Source: Mobula hypostoma
Taxonomy: Eukaryota
Reading direction: 5' to 3'
Length of the DNA stretch: 64,000 nucleotides
Assembly (NCBI RefSeq): GCF_963921235.1
Contig: NC_086108.1
Span: 72,046,001 to 72,110,000 of the forward strand
Within the stretch, counting starts at the first letter, position 1. Each line of letters begins with the position of its first letter. The notes under the pieces are model-generated. The model had not been told where the DNA came from. It did not search any database and was given only the letters and a program-made list of their open reading frames with translations. Positions 37,082 to 47,612 of the stretch are shown here, piece after piece. The position numbers and the translations under genes were made by a program.

Positions 37082-38137
37082 TATGGCATGATGCACTCTG
37101 GGCCACAATGGTGAGATACAACCTGGGCCAAAAGTTGATCCAAATCATCAAATGGCTCTACACCAAAGCTAGCAGTGCGGTACTTGATTAAGGCAAAGTT
37201 GGAGAGTGGTTCCACAGAACAGTTGGAGTCCAAAGAGGGTGCCTTTCATCCATGCTGTTCAACATTTTCCTGAAGGAAATAATGACAGATGCCCTGGAAG
37301 ACTATGTCGGCACAGTCAGCATCAGAGGACAGATTATAACCAACCTCAGATTCACCAGTGACATTGATCGGCTGGCAGGAAGTGAGGGTAAATTGGTCTA
37401 CCTTGTGAACCATCTGGTGAACCATAATACATCTACCAGATATGACATGAAGATCAGCACAGAGCAAACCAAGCTGTTGAGAAACAGCGAGGAGCAAATC
37501 ACAACAGAAATCACAGTCAATGGACAAAAACTAGAGACTGCCAAATGGTTCAAGTATCTTGGTGTCATCATCAACAAAGAAGGATCAAAGTCTGAAGTCC
37601 TTGCAAGGAAAGTCCAAACAACTGCAACACTGGCTAAACTAATCTGTAGAGACAATGATATCGCTCTCTGATCCAAGTTAAAACTCCTGCATGCACATGT
37701 GCTCTCCATCTTCTTGTATGCAGGCGACTCATGGACTTTGACAGCAGAACTGCAAAAGGAGATACAGGCAGTAGAAATAAAATGCTTCAGAAGCATCTCG
37801 GCATCTCCTGCATAGACCATGTCTCAAACAACGAAGTACAAAGAACCATCACCCAGCATAGGAGACACTATAAAGATCTATTGTCCACAGTAAAGAAGAG
37901 GAAACTGAGAAGGTATGCCCTCATAACAAGACCAAGTGGACTCTCAAAGACCATTCTTCAGGGAACTCTGCAGGGGAAAAGAAAAAGGGACAGACAGAGG
38001 AAGAAATGGACAGACAACACTGCAGAGTGGACCAGAGAGAGCTTTGCCACAACCCAGGCACTTGCCCAGAACCGTGAGAGATGGAGGCAACTGGTGCAGT
38101 GCTCATCTGTACAGAGCCCCGATGACCCAGGTGGGAT
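37082..38137 (+). mobile_element. RTE LINE RT domain to 3' end (decayed)
   Basis: WHDALWATM...GEWFHRTVGV; ORF 37252-37671 LFNIFL...TNLRFTSDID...FKYLG; C-terminus KTILQGTLQGKRKRDRQRKKWTDN...AQNRERWRQLV. Confidence 0.9.
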
Positions 38138-38490
38138 GCAGCATCCGTAACCTTAACCTTTTCATCTCAATAACTATGATGGTAGATTTTCCTACCTGCT
38201 ACGTGGTTCTCACATTCCGGGTATCCAAGGTAGAAATGGACTTTGATGACAAAAGGGTTTTCAGCTGTGCAGGATCCTGATGATTACTCCTGCACTGCAT
38301 CATGTGCTCACTCGATGACGAGCCTCTTCTCACGAGGTCAATGGTATGGTTGGAGTTCATCAATGTATCTGAAATCCATTCTATCCTCTGAACAGGATAT
38401 TGGCCTATACAGCTTCATCGGAGTCCTGTTGGTTGGTCTTACTCATTCCACTAACGACAGGGACATAGGTTGGACTTTGAGAGGTTTATA
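38138..38490 (-). mobile_element. 5' fragment of a second, older RTE-like element
   Basis: Minus strand TLDTRNVRTT*QVGKSTIIVIEMKRLRLRML resembles an APE N-terminus. Confidence 0.5.
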
Positions 38491-38910
38491 GAGTTATATT
38501 GAATGGAAACAGACCCAAATCATCCATGAAGACTCTGTTGCCCAGCAAGCTAATTCCATCTCTCGCCTCTCATTTTAAACCTAAGCCTTCTTGTTTTTAG
38601 TACCCCCTCTCTGGGGAAAAAGACTATGTGCTTCCACCCTGTCTAAGCCCCTCATGATTTTATCCTTCTATCAGGCCCCCTGTGATTCTTCTTTGTTTCA
38701 GCAAATAAAGTCCCGAGTCCAGGAAACATTCCTGGTAAATCTTCTCAGCACCAACATGTTTAATAATATCTTTCCTGTAACAGGGTGATCAAAACGTTAT
38801 GCAGTACTTCAAGTGTGGCCTTAGCAATACTGTATATATTTGTAATACATCTTCCCAGCTCCTATACTCAATGCCCTGACTGATGGAAGGCTAATGTGCC
38901 AAATGGCTCC
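38490..38910 (-). mobile_element. CR1 3' fragment
   Basis: Reverse complement of CR1 (GGCCACACTTGAAGTACTGCA; AGCACATAGTCTTTTTCCCCAG). Confidence 0.75.
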
Positions 38911-38911
38911 T

Positions 38912-40215
38912 TCAAATTCAAGTTCAAGTTTATTGTCATCTGACTGCATATATATACGACCAAACAAAACAATCTTTTTCTGGACCACGGTGCAACCACA
39001 TAACATATGACACACACAGTATGTAAACCAAAATATTACTGTAACTAAGTTAATAAAATATAAGTCAAAATGTATTCTGCACAGGTAAGCTGTTCAGAAT
39101 ACAGTAAATAGCTCACTGACCTAGTGACAATACTTTGTTGGTGGCAAGGCCTTTATTAGTCTCACAGCCTGAGGGAAGAAGCTGTTAGACAGTCTGGTGG
39201 TCCTAGTCCTGATGCTTCTTCACCTCTTTCTTGATGGTAGTGGGTCAAGGAGATTGTGAGATGGGTGGTAGGGATCCTAAACAATTCTTTAAGCCCATTG
39301 TTCGCAATGCTCTTGATAAATGTCACAAACGAGGGAAAGGAGACCCCAGTGATCTTCTCGGTGGTTTTCACTGTTTGCTATAGGTCATGTGGCCTGATGC
39401 CTTACAGCTTCTGTACCACACAATGATATAGCCAGACAGGACACTCTTGATAGTACTCCTGAAGAAAGTTGTTAGATTGGGGGTGGGGTGTCTTTCCATA
39501 CCTCAGTCTCCTCAGTGTAGACACTGCTGTGTCTCCTTCACTAGTGAGGAAGTGATGTGAAATCATCTGTTATATTCACACCAAGGAAATTTGTACTCTT
39601 CACAGCAGAGCCACGGAAAGTGGTCGACCTCTTTTTCCTGAAGTACACAATTATCTCTTATATCTTGTCTGGATTGAGACTCAAGTTGTTGTTCTCGCAC
39701 CGTTTGACAAGCCTCTCTACCTCTCCGTTTGCTGAATCACCATTGTTGCCAATGAGGCCAACTGCTGTTGTATTATCAGTGAATATGATGTGATTTGAGA
39801 TGAATCTGGCAGTGTGAGACAGCAGTAGGCTGAGCACACAGCCCTGGGGGCCAGCAGTGCTCAGCATGATGGAGCTTGAGATGTTGCTGCCAACTCGAAC
39901 TGACTGGGGTCTTTCCATTAAGAAGTCCAAGATCCAGTTACAGAGAGGGGTATTGAGTCCAAACAAGGACAGTTTACCCACCAGCCTCTGAAGGATGATC
40001 ATGTTAAGTGCCAAGCTGATGTCGATGAACAGTATCCCGGTGAGTGAGGCATTGTTTTCCAGGTGGGAAGGATGCAGTGGAGGGCTGAGGCTGTGGCATC
40101 ATCAGTGCATTGGTTTGAGCAGTAGGCAAACTGCAAAGGGTCCAATGTAGCTGGAAGGTGGCGCTCAAACACTTGATGATTGTTGAAGTCAGAGCCACTG
40201 GGCAGTAATCATTTA
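38912..40215 (-). mobile_element. Rex1/Babar LINE RT-to-3' fragment with (TTGAAC)n tail
   Basis: ORF 39658-40014 GLNTPLCNWILDFLMERPQSVRVG...GPQGCVLS...NNLSLNPDK; ALTSTIIKC and LDPLQFAY-like motif near 40120-40200. Confidence 0.88.
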
Positions 40216-40744
40216 ATTGTTCATTACCCTACCTATCAGTGGCACTGCTTTCAATGAGCTATGCACCTGTACTACCAAATCCGGCATTCCATAAAACTCC
40301 CCAGGCCCCTATCATTCACTTGGTGTCCTAACCTGGTTTGATCTCCCAAAATGCACTGTGTGTAATTTCTCAATATTTGTCAAACATTTGATTAAATTAA
40401 CTTTACCAATGAGAGGGCTGAGTTGAGGAAGGCTGACTGAATAGTTAAAGGCCATAACAGAAGTATTGAGGTAATAAAAATCAAAGCTGCTGTTTGGTTT
40501 CAATTAACAGATTTATATTCAAAAAAATCAGTTCCGTATGGAAAAAATGGAGAAAGTATGGGTTGGAGGGTGGAAAGGAAAAGGACTGAGAGAGGTGATG
40601 ATATTCCTCTCAAGTTAAGAAAGATGAACCCAGGCATAAGCTATCAAGAACATGGCAATCAAGCAAAATAATTGGAAGATAATTTAAAGATTAGCTTTCT
40701 TTCTCATCGAAACATGCAGCGAATATATCACTGGTATCGGGGAT

Positions 40745-40972
40745 GTGCTGGGGTAGGCGACAAATGTTACCTTGCTTCTGGCCCCAACGTAGCATGCCCA
40801 CAACTTACTAATACTAACTTGTACATCTTTGGAACAAGGGAGAAAACTGATGCATTCGGAGGGAACCCGTGCAGTCACGAGAGGACATACAAACTCCTTA
40901 CAGACAGTCGAGGGAATTGAACTCCAGTATTACAGCTGGCACTGTAAAGTGTTGAGCTAACCACTATGCTGT
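40745..40972 (-). mobile_element. V-SINE, same tail subfamily as 3324-3640
   Basis: Minus strand GCATAGTGGTTAGC...GGAGTTCAATTCCC...GAGTTTGTATGTCCTCTCGTGACTGCACGGGTTCCC...AAGTTGTGGGCATGCTA. Confidence 0.8.
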
Positions 40973-41838
40973 CCAAAATAATTACTTTGATTACAATAAT
41001 GGACAAATATTCAACCATTGTGCAGCTATGCAGGTAAGTTTGCAATTTGTTTTTCAGGGGGAGAAATATCTGGTTTCTATTTTGAGCAAAAATAACAATA
41101 TACGGATAGCAACCTTTACATAAGGAAGAGATGATCCCCATTCCTTCAGCAATGTTTATCAGACAACTGATACAGTCTGACAAGCCCTGCACTGACATCA
41201 ATGTAGCAGAATGTATGCTGGAAGAGACATTGATCTTATAGCAATCTAATGTAAATCATGTAAGCAAGTGGAGCAATATTTTTAGTGCTGTAAATGGCCA
41301 CATCAGTATGTACTGTTACGTGTATTTGAAATTTCAGTACCTTAATAATTCTCTTAATGTGATTCATGGACAGGAACAACCAGTCACTGGTTTTAAAATT
41401 ACACTGCTCCTTTCCTTCCATTTAGCTTTCTATGTTAAAATGACCATGAGAGCTGCAGAAAAGGTACACAGCATCAGGATGGACTCTGCCATCACACTGA
41501 AGTAGGTTCTTCCAGGTTTGTGCTAGTAAACCAGGATTCAGCTCTGATATCTGAGTCGAATCGCTTGAGCTCCTCTGCTGTCCCTGCTTGGGTAAGATTT
41601 GGATTGTTTCCCAGCAACTCATGCCTTGTCTGGCTGTAACTCAGGCTGTCCCCTATTCTATTGTTACCATTGTTTGTTAAAAATGCACAAATAGCTGATT
41701 GATTGACATTTTTAGTTTCATCTTCAAATCTTTTTGTTGACTTCTACACTACTCTTCAGCCAAAACAATCCCATTCCTTCATGACACTACTTTCCTAATT
41801 ATGGATAACTATTTCTTATTTCAAATCTATTCACATTC

Positions 41839-42064
41839 TGTGGTAAACCATATATATGTTGTAACTGGGTTAACTGTCTGGACATACCCCTCTGCTGACT
41901 GCCCCGTGGCTCCTCCCACAGTTCCTGAATAAAGGTGTTTCGCCTTGCCCCTCCCCCTCAGTCCGGGGGCAGACACTCACCATGGAGGTCGTATTGTACA
42001 GTGAATAAAAGCCTTTCAGTATTTTACCCAACTTCAGTCTTTTGGAGTTATTGAAGGTGCTTCA
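41839..42064 (+). repeat. 5' LTR of the Gypsy element (226 bp)
   Basis: TGTGGTAAACC...TTGAAGGTGCTTCA; direct repeat of 45424-45660. Confidence 0.95.
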
Positions 42065-42090
42065 ATTTTATTCGCTGTAAACTTTAAAGC

Positions 42091-42810
42091 ATGGACAAAG
42101 CTCTGAGACCCGACAAGTTAGACCTTGATCCACAAATGCCAGAAGCTGGAAACGCTTTCGAACTCTGGCTGGCCTGCTTCGAAGCGTATCTAGAGGAGAT
42201 TAAGGTGACCGACCCCGTAGCGAAGTGCAGAGTTCTACTCTCCAGGGTCAGTCCACGGGTCTATTCGCTGATCAGAGACCAGCCGAGCTACGACAGCGCA
42301 ATGAGTGCACTCAAAGGACAATACCTGTGGCCGATAAACAGCGTCTACGCACGACATCGCATAGCGACTCGGCGACAACGGCCCGGGGAATCAAGTGCTG
42401 AGTTCATCCAAGCCTTACAGACACTCATGCGAGCCTGTAATTGCCAGGAGCTGACGGCGGCGCAGCATGCAGAACTCCTAGTGAGGGACGCCTTCGTCAC
42501 GGGGACCAGGTCAGTGTACGTGTGCCAGCAGCTGTTGAAAAATGCCGATCTTACCTTAAGTTCGCCGATCGAGCTGGCCGAGACGTTGGAGGCTGCTCTG
42601 CATAATTCCGAGGCTCTCCAGGCACGTGATCCCCTGACGGCCTCATGGGCGCTGCAGACCCCGCAACCTGCCAGCGAATCGACCTCGGCTGCCCCCAGTC
42701 GCGAGTACGCAAAGTCCTCGAGAAGCACCCCCAGAAACGCTGCCCGGCTCGACAAGTTACTTGCTCCAGCTGCAGAAAGAAGGGCCACTTCTCCAAGGTC
42801 TGTAAGTTCA
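42091..42810 (+). pseudogene. gag: Gypsy gag (capsid region plus zinc knuckle), frameshifted near 42700
   Basis: MDKALRPDKLDLDP...RRQRPGESSAEFIQALQTL...RDAFVTG; knuckle HPQKRCPARQVTCSSCRKKGHFSKVC lies in the next frame. Confidence 0.85.
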
Positions 42811-42929
42811 AACCGCCAGTGGGATCGAGCAGCGCCGCGTGCGAGACATGGGGTCGGCCATTTTGGTCGGTGCCCCCTCCCACAGCCTACGACCAAAGGG
42901 TGCTCACGGGGCACCCCACTGCGCTGGAC

Positions 42930-43968
42930 CAAGACAGCGACTCAACCCTGGCTTCCGTGACCCTCGACCAAAGCGCTCCCCACCAGCTTGCAAGGTCAAT
43001 GATGGACATCCTGGTGGAGGGGCACAGGACAAACTGCTTGTTTGACACAGGCAGCACGGAGAGTTTTATCCACCCGGACACGGTGCGGCATTGCGGACTC
43101 GTGATACGGCCGGTAAGTCAGAGGGTCACCATGGCTTCCGGTCGCATACAACAGACATGTCCTTGGAGGGCGCAGGTGGTCGTTGTTCGGAACGGGGAGA
43201 AAAATAGGATGGTTGTAGACTATAGCCAGACCATCAATAGGTTCACGCAGCTCCCCATCCGCCGGGAGGACCGCCCTTACACCACCTTCGAGGCGGGCGG
43301 CAGGCTTTATCAATTCCTGCACGTCCCTTTTGGTGTCACGAATGGTATATCTGTCTTCCAGAGGGCAATGGACTGGATGGTGGACCAATGCCAACTGAAG
43401 GCCACGTTCCCATATCTGGATAACATCACCATCTGCAGTAATGACCGGCAGGATCAAGACAACAACCTCCAAAAATTTCTCCAAGCGGCCAAAGCCTTCA
43501 ACCTCACCTATAACAAGGACAAGTGTGTATTCGGGACCACCCAACTTGCTATCATTGGGTGTGTGTTAGAGAATGGAGTCATTGGCCCTGACCCCGACCA
43601 TATGCGCCCCCTGTTGGAACTCCCTCTTCCCAATACCCTCAGAGCCCTCAAAAGGTGCGTGGGCTTCTTTTCATATTATGCCCAATGGGTCTCTAACTAC
43701 GCAGACAAGGCCCGCCCCCAGTCAAGTCAACCACATTCCCCCTCTCACCCGAGGCCCGCGCGGCCTTCAGCCGCATAAACGGGGACATTGCCAAAGCAGC
43801 AATGCATGCGGTGGATGAGGCCATTCCCTTCCAAGTAGAGAGTGACGCCTCCGACTTTGCGCTGGCTGCTACCGTCAACCAGGCAGGAAGACCAGTGGCG
43901 TTCTTCTCCCGTACCCTTCAAGGCCCTGAAATTCGGGACTCCACGTTGGAGAAAGAGCCCAGGCCATA
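42930..43968 (+). pseudogene. pol: Gypsy pol: protease, deleted RT, start of RNase H
   Basis: LFDTGSTESFI (PR); PWRAQVVVV, RMVVDY, VPFGVTN, YLDN (RT); VESDASDFALAA and RPVAFFSRTL (RH) after a frameshift near 43720. Confidence 0.9.
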
Positions 43969-45354
43969 ATGGAAGCTGTTAGGCACTGGAGGCACTACCT
44001 TGCCAGTAAAAGGTTCACCCTGCTAACTGACCAGCGCTCAGTCGCATTCATGTTTAATAATCAGCAGCGGAGCAAAATCAAAAATGATAAAATTCTGAGG
44101 TGGAGAATCAAACTCTCCACCTACAACTATGACATCATGTACAGGCCTGGGAAGCTCAACGAACCCTCCAATGCCCTATCCCGGGGAACGTGCGCCAGCG
44201 CGCAGATCGACCGGCTATACGCCCTACATGTAGACCTTTGCCACCCGGGAGTCACCCGGCTTTTCCACTTCATGAAAGCCCGGAACCTGCCTTACTCCCT
44301 TGAGGATATCAGGACGATGACCAGGGACTGCCAAGTCTGCGCAGAGTGCAAACCGCACTTCTACCGACCCGAAAAGGCACCACTCAGCAAGGCCACCCGT
44401 CCCTTTGAGCGACTGAGTGTTGACTTTAAGGGCCCCCTTCCCTCCTCCGACCGCAATGTGTACTTTCTTAACGTAATTGACGAGTACTCGCGGTTCCCCT
44501 TCGCCATCCCCTGCCCCGACATGACTACCACGTCAGTTATAAAAGCCCTGCGCAAGCTCTTCACTCTGTTCGGATACCCATGCTATATCCACAGTGACAG
44601 AGGGTCCTCGTTTATGAGTGACGAGCTGCGCCAATATCTACTGGCTAGGGGAATTGCAACCAGTAGGACCACGAGCTATAATCCCCGGGGGAATGGACAG
44701 GTAGAGAAGGAGAATGGCACGGTGTGGAAAGCCACACTCGTAGCCCTCAGGTCAAAGGGACTGCCGGTCTCCCGCTGGCATGAAGTCCTTCCCGAGGCAC
44801 TCCACTCCATCCGCTCCCTGTTATGCACAGCCACCAATGCCACCCCTCATGACCGGCTCTTTTCTTTTCCCAGAAAATCGACCACAGAAACCACCCTACC
44901 AACTTGGCTGATGTCCCCGGGGCCAGTGCTGCTCCGGAAACATGCGAGGAGCAATAAATACTCCCCGATCGTCGAGAGGGTTCACTTACTTCATGCAAAC
45001 CCCCAGCATGCTTATGTGGTTTTACCTGATGGGCGGGAGGACACGGTCTCCATCCGTGACCTGGCGCCCGCAGGAGCACCGGGTCCCTACCCTGAACACT
45101 CCGTGGTGACTATTAACCCCGTATCCACCGATATATGTACCCATGAGACACCGCGCACTCCAAGCCCTACACAGACACCACACGACACTCCCATACCGGG
45201 CGCGACGCACACGCACGAGGGATTAACAACGCCTAACGTGCCGGCACCTCACGTCAGGCCAGAGCCAGCACAACCGCAGTTGCTAATGCAGTCACCACCG
45301 GTGCTACGTAGATCACAGCGACGGACTCGACCGCCTGATAGACTTGACCTGTAG
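43969..45354 (+). CDS. pol: Gypsy pol C-terminal ORF: RNase H end and complete integrase (461 aa, open)
   Basis: LTDQRS, YRPGKLN; HHCC motif HVDLCHPG...CQVC; catalytic SVDFKGP / HSDRGSSF / GNGQVE; no chromodomain. Confidence 0.92.
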   Translation: MEAVRHWRHYLASKRFTLLTDQRSVAFMFNNQQRSKIKNDKILRWRIKLSTYNYDIMYRPGKLNEPSNALSRGTCASAQIDRLYALHVDLCHPGVTRLFHFMKARNLPYSLEDIRTMTRDCQVCAECKPHFYRPEKAPLSKATRPFERLSVDFKGPLPSSDRNVYFLNVIDEYSRFPFAIPCPDMTTTSVIKALRKLFTLFGYPCYIHSDRGSSFMSDELRQYLLARGIATSRTTSYNPRGNGQVEKENGTVWKATLVALRSKGLPVSRWHEVLPEALHSIRSLLCTATNATPHDRLFSFPRKSTTETTLPTWLMSPGPVLLRKHARSNKYSPIVERVHLLHANPQHAYVVLPDGREDTVSIRDLAPAGAPGPYPEHSVVTINPVSTDICTHETPRTPSPTQTPHDTPIPGATHTHEGLTTPNVPAPHVRPEPAQPQLLMQSPPVLRRSQRRTRPPDRLDL

Positions 45355-45423
45355 ATATACTTGTCTTAAATATTGTCAGTCACTTCACCCCACGGGACTC
45401 TTTGTAAAAAAAAGAAGGATGAA

Positions 45424-45660
45424 TGTGGTAAACCATATATATATATATATGTTGTAACTGGGTTACCTGTCTGGACACGCCCCTCTGCTGACTGCCCCTG
45501 CGGTGCCTCCCACAGAGTCCTGAATAAAGGTGATTTCACCGTGCCCCTCCCCCTCAGTCCGGGGGCAGATGCTGAGCATGGAGGTCGTATTGTACAGCGA
45601 ATAAAAGCCTTTCAGTGTTTTACCCAAATTCAGTCTTTTGGAGTTATTGAAGGTGCTTCA
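45424..45660 (+). repeat. 3' LTR of the Gypsy element (237 bp, expanded TA repeat)
   Basis: Direct repeat of 41839-42064, preceded by the PPT. Confidence 0.95.
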
Positions 45661-47009
45661 CATTCTCAATTTCTGATTCCACAATCCATGCCTATCGTTT
45701 CCTTCCTCCATTAATGTAAAATTGTTTTTAACATACTGCAACATATATAATTATGTTAATGTCAGCCATTGCCTCCATTGGATTTAGCCAGTTTTATTGC
45801 TATTAATAATGTTATTTTCTGTGATCTATAAGTTATGTTTTATGGAAGTGCCAATTATTTCTCTTTGGTTGTTATCTTCAAAATCTTCAATATTCCCTTT
45901 TAAAAATATACACACATCCCTTTTTGGCAAATGTATTATCTTAAATATTATAAAGGAAATTCAGTATTCAAACTTGGGATACCTCACTAACTTCCATAAA
46001 CAATTGGAGATTGGCACTATTTCATCAACCATTCTGAGAGTGGCTAGTTCAAGGAGCAGGAAAACAGTTTTAAAGCAGTCGGTAGATACAGAAATGAAGT
46101 TAGGGATAAAGAAAACGGGGGACTGACTATAATCTGGATTTCACTGCTTTTAGAGATGGTAAGCACAAAGTTATTAAAGGTTTCATGAAGGATTTATGTA
46201 GGCACTTGAACATTCTGTTTGTTTTGGCCGTGGTTAACTGGTACCTGGGAGGTTGTGGGTCCAAGCCCACTTTTGACTTCAAATGCTGTATAATAATTCT
46301 GGCTGAGTGTAATTGCTTGAAATGAAAACTTGGCTGCCAATTATTTGCTTTTATATAGTAAGGAAACCTAGATCATTTCAACTGTTGGTAGGTCTGTAAC
46401 AAATAAAGCTTCCCATCCCCCGCCTACTCCAATTAATCAAAACATAAGCATTTGTCTTTCTGGCTGCTGTGAGCATAACATCACCTTGACAAGACCTCAT
46501 GAGCTTGAATTGCCATTGAACAAGAGTGTCAAACTAAAGTGCAATATCTATTAAATCTCGTAATGTTTGTGTCAAAATGTTTCTATTTTCATGTTGCCTT
46601 TAGATGCTTTGACATTGCTTTTTTTCTATTTCCCATTATCATGCTGCCTGAGTTAAACTTGAAAGTCAGTTTCAGAATAAATTGACTGCTGATTTGGGTA
46701 AGTTATTCAGTGATACTTTAAGGCAGATAAAATGCATGAAAGATTGCCCATGGTCTCCTGGGCAAACTAGCTCTGACATTATGAATGCTCCTGAGAGAGT
46801 GAATGGAGCTGATAGAACAGAACCCTCATCGAAACCTACTGCATCAGTTGCACGTAGTCCAGGTCATTGAATGAAATCTGTTTTACAGGATGGCTGATCT
46901 AATGGAGCTCATCAAAACCAAGACACAAAGAATTGTGTCTTATAAACTGACCCCAAATTTCCAAGACCATTGATCTATTCTACCAGGGCACCTAACAATC
47001 TATGCTTTC

Positions 47010-47612
47010 ATAAACATGAAAGGGATTCTACAGATACTGGAAATCCAGAGAGATCCACAAAAAAATACTGGAGGAACTCAGCAGGTCAGGCAGCACCTAT
47101 GGAAATGGAAAAACAGTCAACATTTCAGGCCAGAATCCTTCATCAGAACTGGAAAAGAAAGGGGGAATATGTCAGAATAAGAATGTGGGGAAAGGGGAAC
47201 ACAAATTGGAAAGGATAGGTAAAGCCAGGTGGCTGGGGGAGGTAGATGAAGTAAGAAGCTGGGAGATGATGAGTGGAAAAGGCAAAGGGCTGGAGAAGAA
47301 AGAATCTGATAGGAGAGGAGAGTGGACTATGGGAAAAAGAGAAGGAGGAGAGGCACCAGGAGGGGAGTGATAGGCATGTGAGAATAGGTAGGAGGCCAGT
47401 GTGGGAAATTGAAGAAAAGGGAAGAGGAGGTGAATTAAATTAGCAGAAGTTGGAGAAACCTTTGTTCATGCCATCAGGTTGGAGGCTACCTAGATGGAAT
47501 ATGAGCTGTTGCTTCTCCAACCTGAGAGTGGTGTCATCATTGCAGAAGAGGAGGTCACAGGCATGAGGGTAGGAATTAAAATGGTTCGCCACGGAAAATT
47601 CCTTTTTTGCAG
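47010..47612 (-). mobile_element. Penelope-like 3' fragment with hammerhead motif (47114-47151)
   Basis: VANHFNS...LRLEKQQLIFHLGSLQPDGMN; minus strand CAGTT-CTGATGA-AGGATTCTGGCCT-GAAATGTT-GACTG. Confidence 0.88.

Larger units (their letters stand above)
41839..45660 (+). mobile_element. Full-length Ty3/Gypsy LTR retrotransposon (Mag-like, tentative), internally deleted, 5-bp TSD CATTC
   Basis: Two similar LTRs with TG...CA ends; CATTC at 41834-41838 and 45661-45665; PPT AAAAAAAGAAGGATGAA before the 3' LTR; domain order gag-PR-RT-RH-IN. Confidence 0.96.

Noticed and set aside
42345..43544. Long antisense ORFs (195 and 182 aa) in the Gypsy element
   Set aside because: Expected shadows of GC-rich gag/pol coding sequence; no independent motif.
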